Below the pieces are notes generated by a model. That model had not been told where the DNA came from and searched no databases. It was given only the letters and a program-made list of their open reading frames with translations. This document shows, one piece after another, positions 7,673-15,994 of a stretch of 40,877 bases of DNA; position 1 is the first letter of the stretch; each line of letters begins with the position of its first letter. Where the stretch lies: UHGV virus genome UHGV-1515682. One strand, written 5' to 3'. This stretch comes from a virus. The position numbers were made by a program, and so were the translations under genes.

Positions 7673-8464
7673 ATGAGCAGACATGCAACAGATTGGGCCT
7701 GGGAGACAGATCCAGGTAGCTCGTCATTAAAGCTCATACTGCTCTCGATGGCTGACAGAGCCGATGAATATAACCTCTGCTACCCCAGCATAGAACGCCT
7801 CGTTAAAGACACTTGCCTGAATAAAAAAACCGTGCAGGCCGGACTTATATCGCTCATGAAAATGGGGCTTATTTCAGATACCGGAGAGAGAAAGGGAGCG
7901 ACGAAAAGAGTGCGGGTTTTCTCTCTTAATATAACCAAAAACGGGAACATTAAAGGCAACCGGGAAGGGGGTAATGAACCCGAAAACGGTAATGTTACCG
8001 AAAACGGGAATATACCCAAAAACGGGATGTTGAATGATCCCAAAAACGGGATCCAGAACCAGTCATATAACCAGTCATTTAACCAAGAGAGGGAGAGCAG
8101 GACAAAAACCGGGGATTCTGTTCCTCATGACCCCGGCGCAAACAACGCCGTGATGAATAACTTTGTTCCTCCTGGTGGGATAGGGCAATTAGGAAAATTT
8201 GTCATGCATGAACAATGGCAGCCATCAGATGACTTTCTTCGGAAAAGCTCATTGCAGGGAATCTACCTGGACAGTCTGCCAACGGCACAGGAACTTGCAG
8301 AGTTCAGAATTTACTGGATGGCTGAGGGTAAGGCATACCATCAGGCACAGTGGGAGCAGAAGCTGGCAAGGCGGCTGCAGATTAGCAGACAGAAGCAATC
8401 AACATTACCTGATAACAACGTTCCGCACTGGAACAGCCCTGAAGCATGGGAGGATTTCTTGTGA
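7673..8464 (+). CDS. Replication initiator, lambda O-like, with iteron-encoded repetitive linker
   Basis: 263 aa; N-terminal winged-helix-like region resembling lambda O N-terminus; central NGN/KNG repeats encoded by DNA iterons; followed by P-like gene. Confidence 0.65.
   Translation: MSRHATDWAWETDPGSSSLKLILLSMADRADEYNLCYPSIERLVKDTCLNKKTVQAGLISLMKMGLISDTGERKGATKRVRVFSLNITKNGNIKGNREGGNEPENGNVTENGNIPKNGMLNDPKNGIQNQSYNQSFNQERESRTKTGDSVPHDPGANNAVMNNFVPPGGIGQLGKFVMHEQWQPSDDFLRKSSLQGIYLDSLPTAQELAEFRIYWMAEGKAYHQAQWEQKLARRLQISRQKQSTLPDNNVPHWNSPEAWEDFL
7935..8052. repeat. Origin-like iteron array (five copies of CC(C/G)AAAACGG(G/T)A) inside the O-like gene
   Basis: Copies at 7935, 7978, 7997, 8015, 8038 followed by two accagtcat repeats; same arrangement as ori-lambda inside gene O. 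Confidence 0.6.
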
Positions 8465-9246
8465 ACAACGTTTTTACCGCGATACAAAACCGTGACGGAG
8501 AAGCCCTTTCTCGCATGTCAGGTTATGAGCATCAGTACGTCAACAATGACAATGTGGTTAACATGTCAGCAGAGAGGCTTGTTGATGCCCTTTTCAAACA
8601 GCTGAAACAACTGTTTCCGGCGGCAGTGGTAACCAACCTGAAGACGCCAGAGCAGGAAGTAGCTGCAAAACAGCAGTGGATTGCTGCGTTTGCCGAAGGG
8701 GGGATCCGAACCCGTGAACAGGTTTCTGCTGGTATGCGCCACGCCCGCGCCAGTGAATCTCCGTTCTGGCCGTCGCCTGGGCAATTCATCAAGTGGTGTA
8801 AAGACAGCAAGATGGTTCTTGGCGTCACCATTGACGATGTGATGGCGGAGTTTCACCGGTACAGCAAGGAAAAAAGTTTATATCCTGGTGGTCCCGAAAG
8901 ATTCCCGTGGCGACATCCGGTTATGTACTGGGTCGTATGTGATACCCGCCGTGCAATGTATCAGCGCCAGCTTAGCGAGATTGAGGTTGAGAAACACGCG
9001 CGCAGGCTGCTCGATGATTGGGCGAAAAAGGTGGCTTCCGGACAGCAGATACCCGATCCGGTGATCAGCATACAGGCAAAGCCAGAACCCATGAGTACAC
9101 CTCCGGACACAGGGAGAGACGTTTACCATCCACCAGGGCGAAGTTTCGGGTGCATGCCTAACGCCGCCACCCTAGGGGGAATAACACCGGCGCAGTGGCT
9201 GATGGAGGAATACAGGCGGGGAAAGGCGGCAGGATTTATCAAGTAA
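8461..9246 (+). CDS. Replication protein P-like helicase loader
   Basis: Recalled similarity to lambda P (FPAAVVTNL…QQWIAAFAEGGIRTREQVSAGMRHARASESPFWPSPGQFIKWCKD); GTG 8461 with GGGAGG RBS preferred over ATG 8446. Confidence 0.65.
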   Translation: MNNVFTAIQNRDGEALSRMSGYEHQYVNNDNVVNMSAERLVDALFKQLKQLFPAAVVTNLKTPEQEVAAKQQWIAAFAEGGIRTREQVSAGMRHARASESPFWPSPGQFIKWCKDSKMVLGVTIDDVMAEFHRYSKEKSLYPGGPERFPWRHPVMYWVVCDTRRAMYQRQLSEIEVEKHARRLLDDWAKKVASGQQIPDPVISIQAKPEPMSTPPDTGRDVYHPPGRSFGCMPNAATLGGITPAQWLMEEYRRGKAAGFIK

Positions 9247-9251
9247 TACCA

Positions 9252-9270
9252 GCGCGATAGCGCATTTTTT
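9252..9270 (+). terminator. Possible terminator after P-like gene
   Basis: Short gcgc-gata-gcgc hairpin followed by T7. Confidence 0.4.
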
Positions 9271-9283
9271 TACGTCTCAATGA

Positions 9284-9298
9284 TTACCTGATGGGTAA
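9284..9298. promoter_or_regulatory. Dyad operator-like site ttacctgatgggtaa
   Basis: Perfect TTACC-N5-GGTAA; 62 bp upstream of site 9346. Confidence 0.5.
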
Positions 9299-9317
9299 TA
9301 AAATATCCTAAAATCTA

Positions 9318-9346
9318 TTGATTTCGTGTCTTATGTGGTTTTTAAT
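9318..9346 (+). promoter_or_regulatory. Putative promoter TTGATT-17-TTTAAT for nin-like operon
   Basis: -35 9318-9323, -10 9341-9346, bracketed by two dyad sites. Confidence 0.4.
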
Positions 9347-9360
9347 TACCTTAGAGGTAA
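9346..9360. promoter_or_regulatory. Dyad operator-like site ttaccttagaggtaa overlapping -10/RBS of gene at 9364
   Basis: Perfect TTACC-N5-GGTAA; right half doubles as GAGGT Shine-Dalgarno. Confidence 0.5.
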
Positions 9361-9363
9361 ATC

Positions 9364-9708
9364 ATGAGAAAACAGATACAGGCTCTTGGTCGACTCAAAA
9401 CAGGCCAGATGAACAAAACAGAATCTGCGTATTGCCAGCACCTTGAGCAGCGTAAACGTGCAGGGGAAATCGCCTGGTATCGATTCGAGGGTATCAAGCT
9501 GCGGTTAGCTGATAACACGTTCTATACGCCAGATTTTGCTGTGATGCTCGCCACCGGAGAGATGGAACTGCACGAAGTGAAAGGTTTCTGGACCGACGAC
9601 GCCAGGGTGAAAACCAAAGTCGCCGCAGATCAGTATCCGTTCCGAATCATCGGTGTAACGGTTAAACCAAAGAAAGCAGGTGGTGGCTGGAACATCGAAG
9701 AGTTCTGA
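9364..9708 (+). CDS. Hypothetical phage protein, possibly DUF1064-like
   Basis: 114 aa ORF with RBS; domain assignment from recalled family resemblance only. Confidence 0.45.
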   Translation: MRKQIQALGRLKTGQMNKTESAYCQHLEQRKRAGEIAWYRFEGIKLRLADNTFYTPDFAVMLATGEMELHEVKGFWTDDARVKTKVAADQYPFRIIGVTVKPKKAGGGWNIEEF

Positions 9709-9769
9709 ATCGACGATCTTTTTAGTTATCAATGTAATCAATAAGTTATGTGGATAAGCGAGGGTAAAG

Positions 9770-10213
9770 ATGGAAAGTAATATCAAAGGGTTAGTTTCCG
9801 CCTGGCATGAGATGGCTTCGGAACTGAAAGCAGAATGTGGTGCCGTTGATATGCGCAGTGTGGCAAAGCTGATCAGCGATTTGGCAACGCAACTGGAAGT
9901 GCAACTGGTGCGTGCTAATGCGCTGGCAGCGGAGAATGCGGGGCTAAAGGCGATATGTGATGACCGTCGCAGGTTCATCATGAATGGGGTGCAGATGGGT
10001 TATATCAAGGTGCCAGCAGCGGAAACAGATCCAGACCTTGAGACAATTCGCATTGCTATATCACCACAAAAGCCCATTCCAGCCACCGATGCTTTCCTGG
10101 CTGAAGTACGGGCGCAGGGCGTGGAGATGTTTGCGGAGTGTGCATACACGCTTGAACATCATGATCACGCAGTAGCCTTCGCCGCTGAGCTTCGCAAAGG
10201 AGGCAACCAGTGA
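9770..10213 (+). CDS. Hypothetical protein (147 aa)
   Basis: ORF with GAGGG RBS; no recognisable motif. Confidence 0.5.
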   Translation: MESNIKGLVSAWHEMASELKAECGAVDMRSVAKLISDLATQLEVQLVRANALAAENAGLKAICDDRRRFIMNGVQMGYIKVPAAETDPDLETIRIAISPQKPIPATDAFLAEVRAQGVEMFAECAYTLEHHDHAVAFAAELRKGGNQ

Positions 10214-10695
10214 GCGAAATTAATTACCAGGCACTGCGTGAGGTGGCGGAACGTGCAATTCCAGCAATGGAACGCCTGTTAATGTTGCCAGCTGATGATG
10301 ACTTGTTAAGTGAACAGGAACTTAAAGACTACGGTGTGGATATTGATGCGCTCAACGCCTTCAAATTTCTGACCGGACCAGAAACCGTGCTGGCACTGCT
10401 GGATGAACGGGAAAGAAACCTGCAATACATCAAAAGCCGCGATCAGGAGAACGAGGATATTGCGCTAACGGTAGGGAAGCTGCGCGTTGAGCTTGAAGCA
10501 GAAAAACAGCGGGCAAAAGTTCTATTTATGGAAAATGCTCGGCTTAAGTCAGGCATAGCCGGTCTGATACACCTCGGTATTCGATATGCAGATGTTGAGG
10601 TCATGAAAATTGCTGGAGATGCCCAGCTTTCTACCCCATGCACTGACAGCATCATAAACAGCATTGCAACAGGCATTCGCATCAAAGGAGAGTGA
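10210..10695 (+). CDS. Hypothetical protein, possibly Ead/Ea22-like
   Basis: 161 aa; GTG start with AGGAGG RBS; coiled-coil-rich; weak recalled resemblance to ead/Ea22 proteins. Confidence 0.4.
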   Translation: MSEINYQALREVAERAIPAMERLLMLPADDDLLSEQELKDYGVDIDALNAFKFLTGPETVLALLDERERNLQYIKSRDQENEDIALTVGKLRVELEAEKQRAKVLFMENARLKSGIAGLIHLGIRYADVEVMKIAGDAQLSTPCTDSIINSIATGIRIKGE

Positions 10696-10696
10696 T

Positions 10697-11212
10697 ATGG
10701 CGTTAACACACCACGAACTATGTCAGATTGCGTACAAGTTCCTTAAGCGCAACGGGTTCAAGGTTTGCTTTCATGACCGCTTTGTTGCTGTAACCAGTAC
10801 CGGAGAACAGCCAGATGCTATGGGATTCAGAAATTCAGCATCATGCCTGATAGAGGCGAAGTGTTCTCGTGCTGACTTGTTGGCAGATAGAAAAAAGCGT
10901 TTCCGTAAAAATCCCTCACTTGGCATGGGCGACTGGCGATTCTTTATTAGTGAGCCGGAAATTATTTCAGTTGAGGATTTACCTCCCGGCTGGGGATTAC
11001 TTCACGTTGTTAACGGAAGAGTACGGAAAGTACATGGGTGGCCCAAGGGTAATTGCTGTTGGGGTAATCCTGACGATAAGCCATTTACTGGAAATAAGCA
11101 GGTTGAATGCGATTACATGTTATCTGCATTAAGGCGCATGGAGTTGAGAGGGCACCTTAATGAAATATATGACGGTGTAATTGTTAATAAGAAAGAAGGA
11201 AATGCGGCATGA
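10697..11212 (+). CDS. Hypothetical protein with possible PD-(D/E)XK-like motif
   Basis: 171 aa; …EQPDAMGF…LIEAKCSRADL… resembles D…ExK nuclease signature; AGGAG RBS. Confidence 0.4.
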   Translation: MALTHHELCQIAYKFLKRNGFKVCFHDRFVAVTSTGEQPDAMGFRNSASCLIEAKCSRADLLADRKKRFRKNPSLGMGDWRFFISEPEIISVEDLPPGWGLLHVVNGRVRKVHGWPKGNCCWGNPDDKPFTGNKQVECDYMLSALRRMELRGHLNEIYDGVIVNKKEGNAA

Positions 11213-11805
11213 CCACTTTTACCGACAAAGAAATGATTAAAGAAATCAAAGAGCGCATAGGCAGCTTGGATGTGCGAGACAATATTGAGCGCCGGGCTTA
11301 TGAAATAGCATTAGCCTCGCTGGAAGCAGAACCGGTGGCATGGCTGCATTCAGACAATGGCTTGGGTATTCCAGCAATAACCAGAAGTAAAAACGTTGCT
11401 GACAGTTGGTTATCAAAGGGCTGGTATGTTCAGCCGCTATATATAGCCAAGCCAGTGCCGGTGGTGCCAGATGCTCGTCCGTCTTTAAATAATGGCATAG
11501 TCGGCTTTGATGAAGGCTGGAACGCCTGCCGCGCCACCATGCTTCATGGTGCCAAACCTGTAAGCCAGACTTACAAGTTGAACGAGCTATCGGGCAACTC
11601 TCCGGTAACTCCGGATGGTTGGATAAGCTGTAGTGAGCGAATGCCCCCTCAAGATGATTGGATTTTAATTTATTCAAAGCACGGCGAGTATATGGCAGGA
11701 CAGGTACAAGGGGAATACGTGGAGTTGAGCGACGGCACTTTATCGTGGTTAGGGAACGCCTTGTTCTGGATGCCGCTACCAGAACCGCCGCAGGAGGTGA
11801 AGTGA
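11209..11805 (+). CDS. Hypothetical protein with DUF551-like C-terminal domain
   Basis: 198 aa; C-terminal WISCSERMPPQDDWILIY…WMPLPEPP typical of the phage DUF551 domain. Confidence 0.5.
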   Translation: MTTFTDKEMIKEIKERIGSLDVRDNIERRAYEIALASLEAEPVAWLHSDNGLGIPAITRSKNVADSWLSKGWYVQPLYIAKPVPVVPDARPSLNNGIVGFDEGWNACRATMLHGAKPVSQTYKLNELSGNSPVTPDGWISCSERMPPQDDWILIYSKHGEYMAGQVQGEYVELSDGTLSWLGNALFWMPLPEPPQEVK

Positions 11806-12089
11806 TGGACTCCTTCGCGAAATATACGATTATTGACTGGATAGCATTCCTTCAGGTTTTGCTCATCTGGTTTTATATGGCTTACAGGAGTGGACAGTGG
11901 ATTGTCAGTGTAGCCTGTAGCAAGGGATGGCGTTGGTGGAACCGAAAGAATAAAAAAGCACTGGCATTGGATTCGTTTTACGAAGCATTCAATCTTAACA
12001 GCCTTCAGCCTGGTTCTGTCATTGTAGTCACCACTCAAAGCGGCATGACGATACAAATTCACAAGCCAAAGGAGGAAGGTCGTGGCTAA
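11805..12089 (+). CDS. Hypothetical small membrane protein
   Basis: 94 aa; hydrophobic segment IIDWIAFLQVLLIWFYMAY; ATGA coupling to upstream gene. Confidence 0.45.
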   Translation: MDSFAKYTIIDWIAFLQVLLIWFYMAYRSGQWIVSVACSKGWRWWNRKNKKALALDSFYEAFNLNSLQPGSVIVVTTQSGMTIQIHKPKEEGRG

Positions 12090-12363
12090 CCTTCAACTTG
12101 CCGTCAAAGGTGAATACTTCGATGCCATGATTCGTGGAGAGAAAACGGAAGAGTATCGTCTGTGTAATGACTACTGGAATAAACGCCTCGTTAATCGTAA
12201 GTATGACCGCCTGATTATCACAAAGGGATATCCGAAGCGCGACGATTCCAGCCGCAGAATTGATGTTCCGTATGACGGATATGAAATCAAGACAATCACA
12301 CATCCTCACTTCGGCGATAAACCGGTAAATGTGTTCGCGATAAAGGTAAATATTGATGGCTAA
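12082..12363 (+). CDS. Hypothetical protein, ASCH/PUA-like fold suspected
   Basis: 93 aa; N-terminal LAVKGEYFDAMIRGEKTEEYR pattern; GTG start with GGAGG RBS. Confidence 0.4.
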   Translation: MANLQLAVKGEYFDAMIRGEKTEEYRLCNDYWNKRLVNRKYDRLIITKGYPKRDDSSRRIDVPYDGYEIKTITHPHFGDKPVNVFAIKVNIDG

Positions 12364-12694
12364 ATCAGCAGCAGAGCGCAAAGCCGCTCAGAGAGCCAGA
12401 CAAGCTGCATCTGGTGTGCGTAAGCTGGAAATTGTGCTTGATGCTCAGGAAATTGAAATGCTGGAGCGTAACTGTGCCACGCGTCGCCCCGGGCGTGCGC
12501 CTTACGAATTTGGTGAGTATATAGCGTTACTGATCCGCCAGGATGATGCACGCGTGCGCGGGCGTATAAAATCGATCAGCAGAAAACGTTGCGGTAAGTG
12601 CGGCGAGAGAGTTCCAGTTAATTCATGCCCGTGTAATGGTGACTCGCAATGCTGGGTGACTAAAGGCTGGCATGAAACGAAATTAATAGTGTGA
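12356..12694 (+). CDS. Hypothetical zinc-ribbon protein at the Q-antiterminator position
   Basis: 112 aa; CGKCGERVPVNSCPCNGDSQC cysteine cluster; last early gene before a terminator and the terminase genes. Confidence 0.45.
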   Translation: MAKSAAERKAAQRARQAASGVRKLEIVLDAQEIEMLERNCATRRPGRAPYEFGEYIALLIRQDDARVRGRIKSISRKRCGKCGERVPVNSCPCNGDSQCWVTKGWHETKLIV

Positions 12695-12702
12695 CATGTC
12701 AC
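12691..12702. repeat. Perfect 12-bp palindrome GTGACATGTCAC (copy 1)
   Basis: Overlaps stop codon of 12356-12694; identical copy at 32686-32697; both followed by a terminator hairpin. Confidence 0.5.
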
Positions 12703-12742
12703 GAGTAGATTATGCATGATGAATTTGATGGTTTTGAATACT

Positions 12743-12768
12743 GCCGCCAACTATGGCGGCTTTATTTT
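12743..12768 (+). terminator. Rho-independent terminator upstream of terminase genes (tR'-like)
   Basis: gccgcc-aactat-ggcggc hairpin followed by tttatttt. Confidence 0.6.
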
Positions 12769-12811
12769 GCATGGTACTATTACCACAACGGTAACTATTA
12801 CCACGGTGGTT

Positions 12812-13408
12812 ATGATGCCTGCTGAACCTAAAACCTATAAACGCAAATCAACGCAATTTAAGCCGCTCACAGCAATGCAGGAGGCTTATTGCCAGTCATA
12901 CATCAAAACGCCTGAAAACCAGACTCAGGCAGCGATTAACGCAGGATTCTCCCCAAATACAGCGGCAGTTAAAGCCAGTGTCATGATGCGCGATGAACGC
13001 ATTCAAAAACGGATTGCCGAGTTGATGGAGGAGCGCAACAAACGAATGCGCGTCAGTGCTGATTACGTTCTCATGCGCCTGGTGGAGATCGACCAGATGG
13101 ACGTGATCGACATCCTCAACGACGATGGGAGCCTTAAGCCAATCCGCGAGTGGCCGAAAATCTGGCGCACTACGCTTAGTGGCTTTGATCTGTCATCGAC
13201 CATCATGAACATGAACGAGGATTCGATAGAGACAATCCTCAAAAAAATTAAATGGCCTGACAAGGTGAAGAACCTCGAACTGATTGGTAAGCATGTTGAT
13301 GTCAACGCGTTCAAAGAACGTCTGGATGTTAATGTGAATGTGACAATTGCTGATCGCATAGCAGCAGCCAGGAAGCGACTCAAAGAACGTCAGGATGGTA
13401 ATCAGTGA
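12812..13408 (+). CDS. Terminase small subunit
   Basis: ~198 aa; motif QEAYCQSYIKTPENQTQAAINAGFSPNTAAVKASVMMR typical of phage small terminase; immediately upstream of and overlapping large terminase; start at ATG 12812. Confidence 0.65.
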   Translation: MMPAEPKTYKRKSTQFKPLTAMQEAYCQSYIKTPENQTQAAINAGFSPNTAAVKASVMMRDERIQKRIAELMEERNKRMRVSADYVLMRLVEIDQMDVIDILNDDGSLKPIREWPKIWRTTLSGFDLSSTIMNMNEDSIETILKKIKWPDKVKNLELIGKHVDVNAFKERLDVNVNVTIADRIAAARKRLKERQDGNQ

Positions 13409-14880
13409 AAGATACAGCGTTATCTCCTGAAGAGCAGTTGATCGAGGATATTGCAGGGTTCACTCACGATCCGCTTGGTTATGCCCTCTATGCGTTCCCG
13501 TGGGGGGAAGAGGGGACTGAACTGGCACATGCCACCGGTCCACGTCAGTGGCAGGCCGATGCGTTCCGAGAGATACGTGATCACCTGCAGAATCCAGAGA
13601 CGCGCTATCAGCCGCTTATGCTGGCACGCGCTTCTGGTCACGGTATTGGTAAATCCGCATTCATCTCAATGCTGATCAACTGGGGCATGTCCACTTACGA
13701 GGATTGTAAGGTCGTGGTGACCGCCAACACCGACAACCAGCTACGAACGAAGACCTGGCCGGAAATTATCAAGTGGTCGAACCTTGCTATCACGAAAGAC
13801 TGGTTTACCTGTACCGCTACCGCGATGTACAGCAATGACCTAGGGCACGACAAGCGGTGGCGGGCTGACGCAATACCCTGGTCTGAGCACAACACCGAGG
13901 CATTCGCCGGACTACACAACGAGCGCAAACGCATCATCGTGGTGTTTGATGAAGCGTCGAACATTGCGGATCTGGTGTGGGAAGTTGCCGAGGGTGCGCT
14001 TACGGACGAAGACACTGAGATTATTTGGGTGGCGTTCGGAAACCCTACACGTAACACCGGGCGTTTTCGCGAATGTTTCCGCAAATATAAACACCGCTGG
14101 AAAACTGCGCAGATTGACAGCCGGACGGTGGAAGGCACTAACAAACAGCAGTTGCAGAAATGGGTTGATGACTACGGGGAAGACAGCGACTTCGTTAAAA
14201 TCCGTGTGCGCGGCATATTCCCTGATGCATCTGAATTGCAGTTTATCCCTACCGGTCTTACTGATGAGGCAATGAAACGGGTGGTAACCGCTGCGCAGGT
14301 TGCACATGCTCCGGTGATAATCGGCGTTGACCCGGCATACTCCGGCGTTGATGACGCTGTGATATACCTGCGGCAGGGGCTGCACAGTAAGGTGCTGTGG
14401 ACCGGCAACAAGACCACTGACGATCTGATTATGGCAAAGCGTATCGCTGACTTTGAAGACCAGTATCAGGCTGACGCGGTGTTCATCGACTTCGGTTACG
14501 GTACCGGGCTGAAGTCAATCGGTGACGGTTGGGGGCGCACATGGCAACTTGTTCCGTTCGGTGGCGCGTCTACTGACCCGCAGATGCTCAACAAGCGTGG
14601 GGAGATGTTCAACTCATGCAAGACATGGCTGAGGCTGGGCGGCATGCTGGATGACCAGGAAACAGCGGACGACCTGTCGGCGGCAGAGTACAAAGTTCGC
14701 GTGGACGGTAAAATCGTTATCGAACCGAAGGAAGATATCAAAGAGCGGCTTGGGCGTTCTCCTGGTAAAGGCGATGCGCTACTGCTGACGTTTGCGTTCC
14801 CTGTGTCGAAGCGTCTGCGAATTCCCGGGCAGCAGAACCAGCAAGGCAAGGCGCTTACCGAGTACGATCCATATGCTTAG
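13405..14880 (+). CDS. Terminase large subunit
   Basis: 491 aa; Walker A-like ASGHGIGKS, ATPase plus nuclease regions; GTGA overlap with small subunit. Confidence 0.9.
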   Translation: MKDTALSPEEQLIEDIAGFTHDPLGYALYAFPWGEEGTELAHATGPRQWQADAFREIRDHLQNPETRYQPLMLARASGHGIGKSAFISMLINWGMSTYEDCKVVVTANTDNQLRTKTWPEIIKWSNLAITKDWFTCTATAMYSNDLGHDKRWRADAIPWSEHNTEAFAGLHNERKRIIVVFDEASNIADLVWEVAEGALTDEDTEIIWVAFGNPTRNTGRFRECFRKYKHRWKTAQIDSRTVEGTNKQQLQKWVDDYGEDSDFVKIRVRGIFPDASELQFIPTGLTDEAMKRVVTAAQVAHAPVIIGVDPAYSGVDDAVIYLRQGLHSKVLWTGNKTTDDLIMAKRIADFEDQYQADAVFIDFGYGTGLKSIGDGWGRTWQLVPFGGASTDPQMLNKRGEMFNSCKTWLRLGGMLDDQETADDLSAAEYKVRVDGKIVIEPKEDIKERLGRSPGKGDALLLTFAFPVSKRLRIPGQQNQQGKALTEYDPYA

Positions 14881-15695
14881 TCTTTATTTTTATCATCGAA
14901 ACCTGATAATCCAGATAGAACACCAAAGTTATTAAAAACGTTTGGCTTACCAGATTTTAATCCGGATAAGTTGTGTTGCTCCAAAAAGTTGCTAATTGTT
15001 TGGCCGTTGCCAAGTGCAAGGCTTTTTATTTGAGATTTTTCAGGGTATTTGAGTTTGTATTCGTCGAAATCATTTTGGAGGGTCTTATATGCCTCATTCA
15101 TTCTTCCCAGAGTTTCCGATATCTCTTTTAATGAATGATTTAGAGCTGCTAACTGAGCACTGGCGGATCTCAATTCGTCATCTTTAGCTTTCAACTCGGC
15201 AGTCAATTCCCCCATACTATTCTTTGATCGAATAATCTCTTCTTTCATCTCTTGGATGTCTTTTTCCGCGCCAGTCTTAACTTTGTCGTATGTAACATCT
15301 TTTTTAGCCAATAACCTCTGCAGTCTGGTTTCACGCTGGATTTTTCTTGCCTTCAGGTGATTTTCGATTGAGTCATTATTATCAAGAGGCTTTGCTTGCC
15401 ATACGTTAATGATATTGTTTACCCATGGTAATAGGCAGCAGATAGCAATTACAGATAAGCATGGATAAAACATAACAGTTTTCCATGTGCTGTTATCTGA
15501 GATATATGAAATTTTATCTATTATGTTTGATTTGCTAAAAAATAGATAAAGAATTGATTTCCAGTTGAAGGCGCACCAGGACATAACAAAAGCACCAAGC
15601 ACAGGGTTTTTGGCTCGATTCACGGCAGTATTGGCAGTAGATAAAAACAGCTCTTTAAACGATTCAAACATGCTAATTACCTTGAAGTTTTTCAT
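14877..15695 (-). CDS. AT-rich cargo gene: membrane-anchored coiled-coil protein of unknown function
   Basis: 272 aa from ATG 15695 (MKNFKVISMF); two predicted TM helices then long coiled coil; opposite strand to flanking late genes; low GC. Confidence 0.6.
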   Translation of the reverse strand: MKNFKVISMFESFKELFLSTANTAVNRAKNPVLGAFVMSWCAFNWKSILYLFFSKSNIIDKISYISDNSTWKTVMFYPCLSVIAICCLLPWVNNIINVWQAKPLDNNDSIENHLKARKIQRETRLQRLLAKKDVTYDKVKTGAEKDIQEMKEEIIRSKNSMGELTAELKAKDDELRSASAQLAALNHSLKEISETLGRMNEAYKTLQNDFDEYKLKYPEKSQIKSLALGNGQTISNFLEQHNLSGLKSGKPNVFNNFGVLSGLSGFDDKNKD

Positions 15696-15699
15696 GATT

Positions 15700-15714
15700 A
15701 TACCTTTAAGGTAA
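15700..15714. promoter_or_regulatory. Dyad operator-like site atacctttaaggtaa adjacent to cargo gene start
   Basis: ATACC-N5-GGTAA (one mismatch) 5 bp upstream of ATG 15695. Confidence 0.45.
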
Positions 15715-15767
15715 TTTGCGGTCATCAAGCAAAAAAATGCCCGGCGAACCGGGCGAACTGGAAGCAA

Positions 15768-15790
15768 TGAGTTATGCCTTCCGTGGCTGT
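15768..15790 (-). terminator. Rho-independent terminator downstream of tRNA (minus strand)
   Basis: Minus-strand GCCCGG-TTCG-CCGGGC followed by T7 (A-run 15768-15774 on + strand). Confidence 0.55.
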
Positions 15791-15917
15791 ACGGGTTTAC
15801 AGCATGAAGTCATCGCAATGGCGTCCTGCTGTAAAAAGGGCGGTGATAGTCCTTCAAGGGAAACCATCACCGCCAAGCACCTGGAACTTCTGGCATCACG
15901 GTCCTTAGGCGTGATTC

Positions 15918-15994
15918 TGGCGTGGCATGCAGGATTCGAACCTGCGACCAACCGCTTAGAAGGCGGTTGCTCTGTCCAACTGAGCTAATGCCAC
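15918..15994 (-). tRNA. tRNA-Arg (anticodon UCU)
   Basis: Hand-folded cloverleaf: acceptor GTGGCAT/ATGCCAC, D-arm GCTC…GAGC, anticodon stem ACCGC/GCGGT with loop CTTCTAA, T-arm GCAGG-TTCGAAT-CCTGC, discriminator G, encoded CCA. Confidence 0.85.

Noticed and set aside
12716-12811. Upstream start (MMNLMVL…) for the small terminase gene
   Set aside because: This extension would include the terminator hairpin at 12743-12768; the ATG at 12812 follows a GGTGG RBS-like sequence.
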